DNA of 64,000 bases. Origin: Spirochaetia bacterium. GTDB lineage: Bacteria; Spirochaetota; Spirochaetia; SZUA-6; Bin103. A model generated the notes under the pieces. The model did not search any database. It worked only from the letters and a program-made list of their open reading frames with translations, and had not been told where the DNA came from. A program made the position numbers and the translations under genes. This document shows, piece by piece, positions 27,178 to 37,489 of this stretch (its first letter is position 1; every line of letters starts with the position of its first letter). Where the stretch lies: assembly GCA_965203515.1 (NCBI GenBank), contig OZ241907.1:3680001-3744000 (forward strand), in the 5' to 3' direction.

Positions 27178-29432
27178 TGCCTGCGTCAGGTGCGAGCGCA
27201 CCGACCGGTGCCAAGGTCGACGCGGCGCTGAAGCGGGCGCGTACGGCCCGCGCGGCCCCTTCCCGGCGCCGCATTCGCACCCCGGTGCTGCTGCAGCTCA
27301 CCGAGACCGAGTGCGGAGCCGCGTGCCTGGGGATCGTGCTTGCGCACTTCGGGCGCTGGGTCTCCATCGAGGAGTTGCGGGAAGTCTGCTCGGTCGGCCG
27401 GGACGGCTGCAGCGCGGCCGACATCTTCCGGGCCGCGCGGCGGTACGGCCTGGAGACGAAAGGATGGCGCCGGCAGCCGAAACAGCTCCTCAAGATGCCG
27501 CTGCCGATGATCATCTTCTGGGAGTTCCACCACTTCGTGGTCCTGGAAGGATTCCGCGGCGGCCGGTTCCTGATCAACGATCCGGCCAACGGCCACCGAA
27601 CGGTCAGCGAGGAGGATTTCGACCAGGCGTTCACGGGGGTGACGTTGACGTTCGAGCCGCGGCCCGGGTTCCAGCCCGGCGGCATCCGCCCCGGCCTCCT
27701 GTACCGGATCGTGCCGTGGCTGCGCGACGTCAAGAAGCCGCTCGCGTTCGCCGCGTGCTGCGGGCTGCTGCTGGCCCTGCCGTCCCTTGCCATGCCGTTC
27801 CTGGTGAGCCTGTTCGTCGACTACGTGCTCTCCGGGCGCGAGCCGTCCTGGGGCGGAGTGCTGATCGGAGCCCTCCTCGCCGCCGCCGGTCTGCTCTACC
27901 TCCTCACCTGGCTGCGCGGCCGCTGTCTCCGACTGCTCTCCGTGCGCCTCTCGGTCGACTACGCCTCGCGCTTCATGACTCGGCTGCTCCGGCTTCCCAT
28001 GCGGTTCTTCACGCAGCGCCTGGATGGCGAACTGACGGCCCGTATCCAGTTGGTCGACTCGGTCTCGGACGTGGCCACGCGCCACTTGGTCGGCATCGCA
28101 ATCGAGATCGTCACCAGCTTGGCGTTCCTGGCACTGATGCTGGCGTACGACCCGCTGCTCGCCGCCGTGATCGTGGTGCTGGGCGTGCTCAGCGCCGTGG
28201 TCATGCGCCTCCTGGCCAGCGTGCGCGTGGATGAGAACCGCCGGCTCAGGCGCGAGCAGGGCATGCTCTTCGGGATCGGCATGTTCGGCGTCGGCAAGAT
28301 CGACACCCTGCAGGCGACCGGCGTCGAGGACGAGTTCTTTGCCCGCTGGACCGGGTACCAGGCGCGGGAGCTGCTCGCCCGGCAACGGTTCATGGAGTTG
28401 GGCTACGTCAACGCGTCCCTGCCGGTACTGTTCCTGGTCCTGGGCAATGCGGCCGTGCTCGGCATCGGCGGCTTGCGCGCGATGTCGGGCGACATGACCG
28501 TCGGTATGCTGACGGCGTTCTACATGGCGGCGGTCAACTTCCTGATGCCGGTCGGACGCTTCATCCAGTTCGCGGACATGTTTCAGATTCTGGAAGCGGA
28601 CCTGCAGCGCCTCGACGACGTGTTCGACGCGTCCGAGGACAGCGACTTCGAGCGCGATTCCGACACCGCCTCCGGGGATCGTATCCTGACCCTTGGCGGG
28701 CGGCTGCGGCTCAAGGGCCGGATCGAGTTGCGCGGCATCACCTTCGGCTACCAGCAAAACCGCGAACCCCTGCTCAAGGACTTCAACCTCACCGTCGAGC
28801 CCGGGCAGCGCGTAGCGATCGTCGGCCCCAGCGGGTCCGGCAAGTCGACGCTGTCGTCGCTGGTGGCCGGCGTCCACCAGCCGTGGGAGGGCGAGGTGCG
28901 GATCGACGGGCACCCGCGCAGCGCGATTCCGCGTGAGCTGCTGACCAGCTCGGTCTCCCTGGTCGACCAGCACATCTTTCTGTTCGCGGGCACGGTGCGC
29001 GAGAACCTGACCATGTGGCTCCCGGACGTGCCGGACCAGAACCTGGTGGCGGCCGCGCAGGACGCGTTCATTCACGAAGAGATCATCTCCCGGCCGCTCG
29101 GCTACGATGCGCCGGTCGACGAAGATGGCCGCAACTTCAGCGGCGGCCAGCGGCAGCGGCTGGAGATCGCGCGCGCCCTGGTCAACGATCCGTCGGTGCT
29201 GATTCTGGACGAGGCGACCTCCTCGCTCGACACGATCACGGAGGTCCGCATCGATGACGCCCTGCGGCGCCGCGGGTGCGCCTGCCTCATCGTCGCCCAT
29301 CGGCTGAGCACCATTCGCGACTGCGATCTGATCGTCGTCCTCGAACGGGGGCGGGAGGTGCAGCGGGGCACCCATCAGGAGCTGATGGAGGAGACCGGCG
29401 GGCTGTACCGCCAGCTCTTGGAGACGAGCTGA
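27177..29432 (+). CDS. NHLP-family ABC exporter, C39 peptidase/permease/ATPase
   Basis: TPVLLQ...ECGAACL, FWEFHHFVV, NDPANG, GPSGSGKST, FSGGQRQRLEIARAL, LDEATS. Confidence 0.93.
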   Translation: MPASGASAPTGAKVDAALKRARTARAAPSRRRIRTPVLLQLTETECGAACLGIVLAHFGRWVSIEELREVCSVGRDGCSAADIFRAARRYGLETKGWRRQPKQLLKMPLPMIIFWEFHHFVVLEGFRGGRFLINDPANGHRTVSEEDFDQAFTGVTLTFEPRPGFQPGGIRPGLLYRIVPWLRDVKKPLAFAACCGLLLALPSLAMPFLVSLFVDYVLSGREPSWGGVLIGALLAAAGLLYLLTWLRGRCLRLLSVRLSVDYASRFMTRLLRLPMRFFTQRLDGELTARIQLVDSVSDVATRHLVGIAIEIVTSLAFLALMLAYDPLLAAVIVVLGVLSAVVMRLLASVRVDENRRLRREQGMLFGIGMFGVGKIDTLQATGVEDEFFARWTGYQARELLARQRFMELGYVNASLPVLFLVLGNAAVLGIGGLRAMSGDMTVGMLTAFYMAAVNFLMPVGRFIQFADMFQILEADLQRLDDVFDASEDSDFERDSDTASGDRILTLGGRLRLKGRIELRGITFGYQQNREPLLKDFNLTVEPGQRVAIVGPSGSGKSTLSSLVAGVHQPWEGEVRIDGHPRSAIPRELLTSSVSLVDQHIFLFAGTVRENLTMWLPDVPDQNLVAAAQDAFIHEEIISRPLGYDAPVDEDGRNFSGGQRQRLEIARALVNDPSVLILDEATSSLDTITEVRIDDALRRRGCACLIVAHRLSTIRDCDLIVVLERGREVQRGTHQELMEETGGLYRQLLETS

Positions 29433-32365
29433 TGGATGCGCCGGAGCACGGGAAGATGCGGCAGGCACCGGATCGGCTCGGCGAAATCGCGCTTTCGCAG
29501 GGCGAACCGTTCGTCGGCGGCGGCAACCGTCCGATCCGCCTGGCGGATCCCGACATGGTGTGGTACGTCGTCGAGGGCGCGATCGACGTGTTCGTCGCCG
29601 ATCACTCCGACGAGACGCCCTCGGACTTCAGGCAGCTCCTGCGCGCCGGGCCCGGACGGTTGGTCTTCGGCGCCGTCGAGGATGAGGGAATCACCTCGTC
29701 GGTCCACATCGCCAAGGGGCTGCCCGATACCAGTCTCCGTCGCGTCCCGCTTGCGGCGTTCGACGACCCGCAGGTCGCCGGGCTGCTGGCCGAGCAGGTC
29801 GAAGCCTGGATCGCGGACATAGCCGCCGCGCTTGCCCGTGAGGTGGTGCCGCGCCCGCGTCCCGAGCGCTTCCTGACCGCCGGCGAGGAAGTGGAAAGCG
29901 CGAGCGAACACGTGCTGTCGACCCGGCAGGGCGTGGTCTGGGTCTCCTGTCCGGAGGGGAATGCGGCGTTCGTCGACACCGGCGAGCCGACCGGCGACGG
30001 TCCCGGCTTCATCCCGGTCACCGTCCATAGCTGGATACGGCTGTTCCGCCCCTCCCGGCTGACCGTCACCTCTACCCAGGCGCTTGCAGCCGACGGCCTG
30101 CTGTTCGCCGCTCTGGCCGAGTTCCATCAGCTGGCGTTGTCCGCCGACCAGCTGAACCGGCAGCTGCTGATGGTCGACATGGCCAACATGCAGCGATCCC
30201 AGGTCCAGCACCGTCGCCAGAGCGAGAATCAGGCGCGCGACGACCTGTTCGACGTGCTGGAAGGCCGCCGGTCGCTGATCGCGGACAGCGGATCGGCGTT
30301 GATGGGCGCCCTCAAGCTGGTCGGCGACCACGAGGGCATCCGCTTCCAAGCGCCGCCCCGCCGGAAGGCAGCGGATGAGGAAGAGGCCGTCGATCTGACG
30401 GTGATACAGCGCGTGTCGGGGATACGCGCGCGCAAGATCAAGCTCGCCGTCGACGATCGCTGGTGGCTCGGCGACTCGGGCGCGATGCTGGCGTTTCGCC
30501 GCGAGTCCGGGAACCCGGTGGCGCTGATTCCGGGCGTGTCGGGGCGGTACCGCATGATCGACCCGGCGACCGGTCAAGCCGAGCGGGTCGACGCGCGCCG
30601 GGCCCGCGATCTCGATCCCGAGGCCCGCTTCTTCTACCGCGCGCTGCCGCGGGACGAAGCGGTTCGATCCGGTCCGCTGTTCCGCTTCGCGTTCCGGGGG
30701 CTCGGCAGGGAGCTGGCGCGCTTCATCCTGGCGGGAATTCTGGCCGGCCTCCTGATGCTGTCACCGGCGATCCTGCTCGGCATACTGGTCGAACGCGTGA
30801 TTCCGAGCCGGTCCGGCTTGCAGCTCCTGGGGATATCCTTGTCCATGATCCTGCTGGCGGTCCTCACGGCGCTCCTGCAGATTCTGCAGGGAACGGCCCT
30901 GATGCGGCTGGAGGCGCTGGCGGGCGCCCGAGTCGGCGCCGCGCTCTGGGACCGGATGCTCGGCTTGCCGCAGCGGTTCTTCCGCCGCTTTTCCGCTGGC
31001 GATCTGACCATGCGCGCCATGGCTGCCCAGGCGTTGCGCGATCAGGTGGCGGGCGTGGTCGCCAGCACTGTGCTGTCGGTACTCTTCCTGCTGCCGACGT
31101 TCATCCTGCTGTTCCTCTACAACGCCCGGATCGGCTGGCTCGGCTTGGGGTTGGGCTTGATCTCCCTGACGGTGACGTCGGTCTTCGGCATCCTGCAGCT
31201 ACCCCTGTACCGGCAGCTGTTGGCGACCGCCCGGAGCGTGGCAGGGAAGCTGCGGCAGTTGCTGAGCAGCATCAGCAAGCTCCGGTCGACCGGAGCGGAA
31301 GGGATCGGCTTCTCGGAGTGGGCGAAGGGCTATCGGCAACAGAAGCAGACCGAGATGCGGCTCGGCCGGCTGAACGAGCACCTGATCGCCTATCTCGCCG
31401 CCGCCCCGCTGCTGGCGGTGGCCGCGGTGTTCGCGGTCACGGTGTATAGCGGCGGCGAGACCATCCCCATCGGGGACTTCCTTACCGTCTACGCGGCCTT
31501 CATGGTATTCTACTCGGCGATCGCCCGGCTTGGCGGCTCGTTCTCCGCCGTGGCCTCTCTTCTGCCTTCATACCAGCAGGTGACTCCCATCCTGGAGGCG
31601 GTGCCGGGAACCGTCACCGAAGGCGAATCGCCGCCGGAGCTGAGCGGCGACGTCCGCATCGAACACGTAAACTTCAGCTACATCGAGGACGGTCCCCCGG
31701 TCCTCCAAGACGTCTCGATCCACGCCCGCGCCGGCGAGTTCGTGGCCATCGTGGGGGAATCGGGCGCCGGCAAGAGCACCCTGTTCCGGCTCGCGCTCGG
31801 GCTGGAGAAGCCGCTGTCGGGCGCCGTCTACTACGACGGGCGTGACTTGGCTCGCCTCAATACCCGCGAGGTGCGCAGCAGGATCAGCATGGTGGTGCAG
31901 GATGCGTCGATACGGCCCGGTACCGTGCTCGACAACATCATCGGACTGTCCGGCAACCTCACCGAGGAAGACGCGTGGCGGGCCGCCCGCCTGGCCGCCA
32001 TCGACGAGGACATCGCCGCCATGCCGATGCAGATGCAGACGGTCGCCGGCGACAGCTCGGCGGTCTTCTCCGGCGGGCAGATACAGCGGATCATGCTGGC
32101 CGCGGCGCTGGTGCGCGATCCGAGCGTGCTGTTTCTGGACGAGGCTACCAACTGGCTCGACAACAACAGCCAGGCGCAGGTGATGCAGAGCGTGGCGGAC
32201 CTTGCCATCACCCGCTTCGTGAGCGCGCACCGCCTGTCGACGATCCGCAAGGCCGACAGCATCTACGTGCTGCATGACGGCCAGGTGGTGCAGACCGGCA
32301 CCTTCGACGAGCTGATGGAGATCGACGGCCCGTTCCGGGACCTGGCCCGCCGGCAGATAGCCTGA
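29432..32365 (+). CDS. NHLP-family ABC exporter permease/ATPase (second subunit, no peptidase)
   Basis: WWLGDSG.MLAF, FYRALP, GESGAGKST, FSGGQ, LDEATN, AHRLST. Confidence 0.92.
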   Translation: MDAPEHGKMRQAPDRLGEIALSQGEPFVGGGNRPIRLADPDMVWYVVEGAIDVFVADHSDETPSDFRQLLRAGPGRLVFGAVEDEGITSSVHIAKGLPDTSLRRVPLAAFDDPQVAGLLAEQVEAWIADIAAALAREVVPRPRPERFLTAGEEVESASEHVLSTRQGVVWVSCPEGNAAFVDTGEPTGDGPGFIPVTVHSWIRLFRPSRLTVTSTQALAADGLLFAALAEFHQLALSADQLNRQLLMVDMANMQRSQVQHRRQSENQARDDLFDVLEGRRSLIADSGSALMGALKLVGDHEGIRFQAPPRRKAADEEEAVDLTVIQRVSGIRARKIKLAVDDRWWLGDSGAMLAFRRESGNPVALIPGVSGRYRMIDPATGQAERVDARRARDLDPEARFFYRALPRDEAVRSGPLFRFAFRGLGRELARFILAGILAGLLMLSPAILLGILVERVIPSRSGLQLLGISLSMILLAVLTALLQILQGTALMRLEALAGARVGAALWDRMLGLPQRFFRRFSAGDLTMRAMAAQALRDQVAGVVASTVLSVLFLLPTFILLFLYNARIGWLGLGLGLISLTVTSVFGILQLPLYRQLLATARSVAGKLRQLLSSISKLRSTGAEGIGFSEWAKGYRQQKQTEMRLGRLNEHLIAYLAAAPLLAVAAVFAVTVYSGGETIPIGDFLTVYAAFMVFYSAIARLGGSFSAVASLLPSYQQVTPILEAVPGTVTEGESPPELSGDVRIEHVNFSYIEDGPPVLQDVSIHARAGEFVAIVGESGAGKSTLFRLALGLEKPLSGAVYYDGRDLARLNTREVRSRISMVVQDASIRPGTVLDNIIGLSGNLTEEDAWRAARLAAIDEDIAAMPMQMQTVAGDSSAVFSGGQIQRIMLAAALVRDPSVLFLDEATNWLDNNSQAQVMQSVADLAITRFVSAHRLSTIRKADSIYVLHDGQVVQTGTFDELMEIDGPFRDLARRQIA

Positions 32366-32416
32366 TCCCCTGATCCGGCGCGCGCGGCCCGTCGGCTCTT
32401 CCGGGGTCGACGCGGC

Positions 32417-32459
32417 TGAAAGAGGCGCCGCCGCGGGTCGCGGGTCCCGCGGCGGCGCC
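32417..32459 (-). terminator. Intrinsic terminator hairpin between convergent genes
   Basis: Perfect 14-bp stem GGCGCCGCCGCGGG/CCCGCGGCGGCGCC (32424-32459), followed on the minus strand by TCTTTCA. Confidence 0.7.
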
Positions 32460-32478
32460 GGGTTCGATAGCGAAGGCT

Positions 32479-34143
32479 CTACATCCCGATGATGCGATCG
32501 TGTTGCGCCTGCTTGATCTCGACGTAGCGCTCGTAGCCCATCGACTTCAGCGTGTCGACGTAGTCGTCCCACTCGGTGCCGAGGCCGGCGTCGCCGGTGA
32601 TGAACTTGGTCGTCATCTCGGCGACGTAGGTGTTGATATCGGTCAACAGGGCGCCGAGCTCGGACGCCTCTTCGGCGGTCGGCATGAAGTTGGGCCAAAT
32701 CGCGTCCGGCATGTGGTTCAGGTAGTCGGTCGGATCCATCCGGTACAGCTCCGCGTCAGGGGTGGAGGCGGTGAGATCATCGATGATCTTCTGCCCTTCC
32801 GCGGACAGCTCCATGCCGTTCACCTGCGGCTCGAAGCCGCCGTACCAGCGCTCCAGATGCTGGAACGCCCCGACCTGCAGGCCGGCTTCTTCGATCGACG
32901 CCGCGACCTCGCCGATGAACTCGTACGCGCCGTCCGCGCCGAGTTGGAACGTCTCGCCCTCCAGGCCGACGGCTGAGAACAGGTAGCCCGGCTCGCCGTA
33001 CCAGTAGTCGACCCAGCGCATGGTCTCGACCGGATGCTCGTTCTCTGCGGTGATCATGAAAGACCAGTTGCCGCGCACGTTGTGGTCGACCCAACTGATG
33101 ACGTGGTCGCCGTGCGGACCCACGAATTGCGAGACGCCGGTGAAGTGCTTCTGCGGTTCGACGCCGACGTAGCCGGGGGTGACCCAGGTGAACAATCCGA
33201 TGCGATTGTCGGCCGCGTCGGCCTGCCAGCGCGCCACGTCGACGCCGGAGAAGAACTCCGGATGGTAGTAGCCCGCTTCCCACCACTCGTTGAACTGCGT
33301 CAGCATCTCCCGATAGCGCTCGTCGACCGGGATGAACCGGACCTTGCCGTCGGGACCTTGGTCGACGTGCGCTCCGAGACCGGGCAGCCCCCGGTTGCCG
33401 AGTCCGTACGCGCCGTAGAACGCCTGCCTCTGGATGGTCGTCGCGTTGCCGCTCTGGTGGATCGGATACTCGTCATCGGGGTCGCCGTTGCCGTTGGCGT
33501 CGTCGTTCTTGAATGCGGCCAGAACGGCGCTGAGGTCGTCTATCGTCGCGGGCGTCTCGAGTCCCAGGTTGTTCAGAAAGGTCTCGTTCACGTAGAAGCG
33601 CACCATCGCGCTGTTCTTCTCATACGCCACGAACGGCAGCGAGTGGATCTTGCCGTCCGGCATGACCAGCGCCTGCGCGATCGAGGCGTCCGCGGTGAGC
33701 GCCGCCTGAATGTTCGGGCCATGCTCCGCGATCAGATCGTCCAGGGCGATCAGGTTGCCGGCCAGCGACTGGCTCACGAGCTGATCCTGGTTGAAGATCA
33801 TCTGATAGAACGCGTCGGGCAGTTGCTCGGCCGCCAGCCGGACCTGCAGCGTCTCGGCGAAGCCCGAGATCGGCCACTCCTCGAAGTTCACGGTGATGTT
33901 GGACAACTCCGCGAACCGCTTCCAGGTCCAGGTCTCGCTGGCGGGGCCGCGAATGCCGGGCCAGCTCAGCCGTACCATGTCCAGGGTGATCGGCTCCGCG
34001 GAGAGCGGCATCCCCATCGCATCCCGCTCGAAGTCCTCCGCCGCGGCGGCGTCCCGGGTCGCGGACTCCTCGGTAGATCCGGTAGCGAACGTCAAGCCTG
34101 CCGCCAGTACGGCAAGCGCTATCATGCTGAACAGCTTCTTCAT
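32479..34143 (-). CDS. Extracellular solute-binding protein (carbohydrate ABC, LplA-like)
   Basis: Signal peptide ending FATGSTEE, PDGKIHSLP, DANGNGDPDDEYP, WDDYV..LK.MG; GGAGGA RBS. Confidence 0.9.
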   Translation of the reverse strand: MKKLFSMIALAVLAAGLTFATGSTEESATRDAAAAEDFERDAMGMPLSAEPITLDMVRLSWPGIRGPASETWTWKRFAELSNITVNFEEWPISGFAETLQVRLAAEQLPDAFYQMIFNQDQLVSQSLAGNLIALDDLIAEHGPNIQAALTADASIAQALVMPDGKIHSLPFVAYEKNSAMVRFYVNETFLNNLGLETPATIDDLSAVLAAFKNDDANGNGDPDDEYPIHQSGNATTIQRQAFYGAYGLGNRGLPGLGAHVDQGPDGKVRFIPVDERYREMLTQFNEWWEAGYYHPEFFSGVDVARWQADAADNRIGLFTWVTPGYVGVEPQKHFTGVSQFVGPHGDHVISWVDHNVRGNWSFMITAENEHPVETMRWVDYWYGEPGYLFSAVGLEGETFQLGADGAYEFIGEVAASIEEAGLQVGAFQHLERWYGGFEPQVNGMELSAEGQKIIDDLTASTPDAELYRMDPTDYLNHMPDAIWPNFMPTAEEASELGALLTDINTYVAEMTTKFITGDAGLGTEWDDYVDTLKSMGYERYVEIKQAQHDRIIGM

Positions 34144-34335
34144 GTCTGTCCTCCGTGCAAGGTGTCGGCACTCGCAACGCGAGTAGCTGTGTGAGATCAG
34201 TCCGTGTTCGACCGCCTTCCTCAGGAATGAACGGAGGTCAAAGCGGGCGTCGATGACACGACCATGGATAGCCTACGCGGTGAGAAAGATCAAGGGCCTG
34301 AGGCAGCCGCAGGGAACGCCGGAGATTCGCTCGCG

Positions 34336-36333
34336 TCATAGCGGGCGCTGATGCGGACGGTCGCGGAATCGCTGTAGTTCCTGGGGAAACCGCGGTTCGT
34401 CCGGCAGGAGCCGTATCGCGTTCCGGAATGCCGATTCCACGTCGTTGGCGGGGACGCGCAGCCACGTCAGGAGTCTTGCCATGTCGCGCCAGGCCCAGGC
34501 GTGCCGGTGGGGAGAGGCGTCCAGCTGAATGACCCGCTCCAGCAGCCCACGCGCCTCCACGAGAAGACGCCGATTTACCGAACGCCAAGCTCGTTGCTTC
34601 TTCCGGAACGCGTCTTGGGCGAGTTGGATCTTCGTCTGTGCGAACTCGTGCAGCGCACGCGAGTCCGCCCGGATCGCCTCGCCGGCCTGCTGAAAGTACC
34701 GATGTGCGGTCCGCGGTCTGTGGAGACGCCGCGCCAGGATGGCGGCGTCCACGGCATCCTGTGCCGACGCGCTGCCGGCAAGCTGCTCGAGAAGCCGTTG
34801 CGCTTCATCGGTTCTGCCGTGATCGAGCAGCGCTTCTATCCACGTATTGGCGACGTTCGGTACGGCCGCTCTCGATCCCCTGTCGTCGAAGCGCGTGAAC
34901 ACGGCGCCGGCTTCATCCAATTCGTGCCGCTCCGAGTGGAGGCGGATCATCTCCGCGGCAAGCACCGCGGAGGTATCGTTCGCTTGCCAGGACTGCAGAA
35001 CTCGCTGATAGGCGTCTTCGGTCGCCCCGACGGTGCGAAGATAGGCGGCGTCCTGGAGCGCGGATACGGCCGCATACTCCGGGTGCGCCGGCAGCGTCGC
35101 CCGGAACCAGGTACGGCCCGGGTCGAAGTCGAAGCGTGGCGCCGGCGAGCCGTTGTCGGCCATGGATCGGTAGATACGCGGCAGCCCGGTCCACCACGCT
35201 TCCGCCAAGCCGAGCTGCTTCAGAAACTCTCCGACCCGACGGTTACGCGCCGGCGGCGGCGGAGCCGAAGTATTTGGCGCGAGGTGATGCGGCTCGATAC
35301 CGGCTACCGGTCCCGGATAGCTGATGACCTCCATGCGATCGGGATACATGCAGACCTTGGTGGGCTCGAGCACGTCGGGACGATAGCCGCGGTGATAGAT
35401 GGCATTGACCAGCGCTTCGCGCAGCGCCTGCATCGGATAGCTGACCCAACCGCGTACGCGGCTGCGATCCCGTTCTTTCTGCAAGTGCGTCTGTGAGAAT
35501 CCTTCCAGATACCGCAGGCAGTCGCGTATCTGCGCAGCAAGCGTACCGCGAAAGACCCGTTGGCTCTGCACGTCGCCCTCGCGGTTCGCCTTGAACTGCA
35601 CGGCTTCGATACGCGCGCCGGGAAACCATTGCTCGGGATCGTCGGAGAAGAAGAGCAAGCCGACGTTGCGGGGCGCGTCGTGTTCGTTGACGGGAGTCGT
35701 GATACGCATGCGGCGGTAGATGGACGATATGTCGGGCTCGTCGCGCAGGGCGCTACGGATATCGTGCAGGTGTTCGCGGACCTTGCCTTCCCTCAGGTCC
35801 TCGATCCGCGCACGATGCGCCGGTCGGTCGTCCCAAGGTACCCGCGCCGTCTGTTCGAGCAGCGCTGCCAGCTTCCCGGCGGCCTCCGCGTCGACGGTTT
35901 CCGATCCGATGCGAATCCAGAACTTCCAACTCCTGCTGTCGGGTCCGTCCGGCGCACGATGGGGCCGCGCCTCGCTGGCGGGCGCCCAGACGACCAGAAC
36001 ATCACGGCCTTCCAGTACTTCCGGGGACATGATCGGTTCGTAGCTCGGCTGCATGGCTCTGCAACGCCCGCGTATCCATCGTTGCGCTGACTCGATTTCA
36101 GCGCTGCTGAGCCCTGCCGGCGGCAGCCTGGCTCGTCCTTCGGATTCGGCGACGCCGATGACGACGTAACCGCCGTTCAGGTTCTGATAATCGTTGGCGA
36201 ACGCGCAGAGCGTCTTCAATACCTGAAAGCCGGTGACGTCCGCACTCCAATTCGCCTTGAACTCGACGCGGACCGATTCGATCGATCGGTCGCGGATGAG
36301 GCTGCCTATGGCGATGGGCAGGATCGATATCAT
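34336..36333 (-). CDS. AlbA_2/Schlafen domain + HATPase_c_4 domain + TPR-like C-terminus
   Basis: ESVRVEFK, CAFAN..NGGYVVIGV; YPMQALREALVNAIYHRGY, ISYPGP, RNRRVGEFLK; helical Ala-rich repeats at the C-terminus. Confidence 0.82.
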   Translation of the reverse strand: MISILPIAIGSLIRDRSIESVRVEFKANWSADVTGFQVLKTLCAFANDYQNLNGGYVVIGVAESEGRARLPPAGLSSAEIESAQRWIRGRCRAMQPSYEPIMSPEVLEGRDVLVVWAPASEARPHRAPDGPDSRSWKFWIRIGSETVDAEAAGKLAALLEQTARVPWDDRPAHRARIEDLREGKVREHLHDIRSALRDEPDISSIYRRMRITTPVNEHDAPRNVGLLFFSDDPEQWFPGARIEAVQFKANREGDVQSQRVFRGTLAAQIRDCLRYLEGFSQTHLQKERDRSRVRGWVSYPMQALREALVNAIYHRGYRPDVLEPTKVCMYPDRMEVISYPGPVAGIEPHHLAPNTSAPPPPARNRRVGEFLKQLGLAEAWWTGLPRIYRSMADNGSPAPRFDFDPGRTWFRATLPAHPEYAAVSALQDAAYLRTVGATEDAYQRVLQSWQANDTSAVLAAEMIRLHSERHELDEAGAVFTRFDDRGSRAAVPNVANTWIEALLDHGRTDEAQRLLEQLAGSASAQDAVDAAILARRLHRPRTAHRYFQQAGEAIRADSRALHEFAQTKIQLAQDAFRKKQRAWRSVNRRLLVEARGLLERVIQLDASPHRHAWAWRDMARLLTWLRVPANDVESAFRNAIRLLPDEPRFPQELQRFRDRPHQRPL

Positions 36334-36406
36334 AGCGCGACGGTCGCTGGCGCAACGTGCGTTTCGCCGTTCGGACAGGCCGGCTCGGCCCGCGAAGTCA
36401 CGGCCG

Positions 36407-37384
36407 TCACTGCCAAAGGAACAGGACGCCCAGCGCCTGATCGGGGTGCTCGTAGAGGAAGTCGTACCCGGCCTTGAGGTCCCTGCCGTCGAAGCGGTGG
36501 GTGACCAGCGGTTGCACCTGCACCTCGCCGGACGCCATGGCGTCCATCGCGGTGCGGGCCATCTCGGCGCGGTCGGCGGTGGGCGGATAGCTCACCAGCA
36601 CGCGCTTGCCCTGGAAGTTGTCGACGTCGAGCGGCAGGGGCGCGTTCTGGTACTTGCCGTTTACCTGGATGAGCCCCCCGGAGGCGACCATCCGCTGCGC
36701 CTGCTCGAAGGAGGCGATGCCGGCCGGCCCGCCGACGCAGTCGACCACGATGCTGGCTCCCTCGCCGCCGCTCAGGCGCTTCACCGCCGCCACCGGGTCC
36801 TCCTCGCCGGCGTTCACCACCTCCGGCGCGCCGGTCTCCCGCGCCAGGCGGCAGCGCAGCTCCAACGCGTCCACGGCGATGAGCTGCGCCGGGCGGTAGC
36901 GCCGCGCGAACTGCATGACCAAGTTGCCGACCAGACCCTGGCCCAGCACGACGACGCGGTCGTCGGCGGTGATGTCCAGCGCCTGCGCCCATCCGGCGCT
37001 GCTGGTCGCCAGCGGATGGAAGGTCCCCTGCTCGAAGGAGACGGCCGGATGCAGCGGGTGCAGGCGGGGCGGCGCGCCGGCCGCGACCGACCGCAGCGAG
37101 TACTCGGCGTGCGGCGCGCTGGCCACGACCGGATCGCCGGCCGCGAACCCGGTGACGCCGGCGCCCACCGCCTCCACGGTCCCGGCGGTGGAGTACCCCA
37201 TCGCCTCGGGCCTCACCGGCCCCTCCATCACGTATCGCCGCCACAGCTCCGAGCCGCGGCTGATCAGGCTGACGCGGGTGCGCGTCAGCACCTCCTCCGG
37301 TCCGGGTCGGGGCACCGGCACCTGTTCCAGGAAGACGTTGCCTGCGCCCTCACCCTTCGCCGCTCGCCACATCGTCGCCGGCAT
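36407..37384 (-). CDS. MDR/zinc-binding alcohol dehydrogenase family oxidoreductase
   Basis: SLISRGSE, GYSTAG.V..VG, GQGLVG Rossmann motif; GAGGAGG RBS. Confidence 0.87.
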   Translation of the reverse strand: MPATMWRAAKGEGAGNVFLEQVPVPRPGPEEVLTRTRVSLISRGSELWRRYVMEGPVRPEAMGYSTAGTVEAVGAGVTGFAAGDPVVASAPHAEYSLRSVAAGAPPRLHPLHPAVSFEQGTFHPLATSSAGWAQALDITADDRVVVLGQGLVGNLVMQFARRYRPAQLIAVDALELRCRLARETGAPEVVNAGEEDPVAAVKRLSGGEGASIVVDCVGGPAGIASFEQAQRMVASGGLIQVNGKYQNAPLPLDVDNFQGKRVLVSYPPTADRAEMARTAMDAMASGEVQVQPLVTHRFDGRDLKAGYDFLYEHPDQALGVLFLWQ

Positions 37385-37489
37385 CGCGCCCTCCTCTGAC
37401 TCCACAATCGTGGATGATGGATGGTGGTCCGCTCGGCCGCCTGCTGCAACACGTGTCAAGATGCGGATTCGTTCAAAGGAGCGTGGAGT

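Noticed and set aside
34144..34335. Riboswitch or ncRNA upstream of the solute-binding protein
   Set aside because: No recognisable conserved motif by eye; an Rfam/Infernal search would be needed
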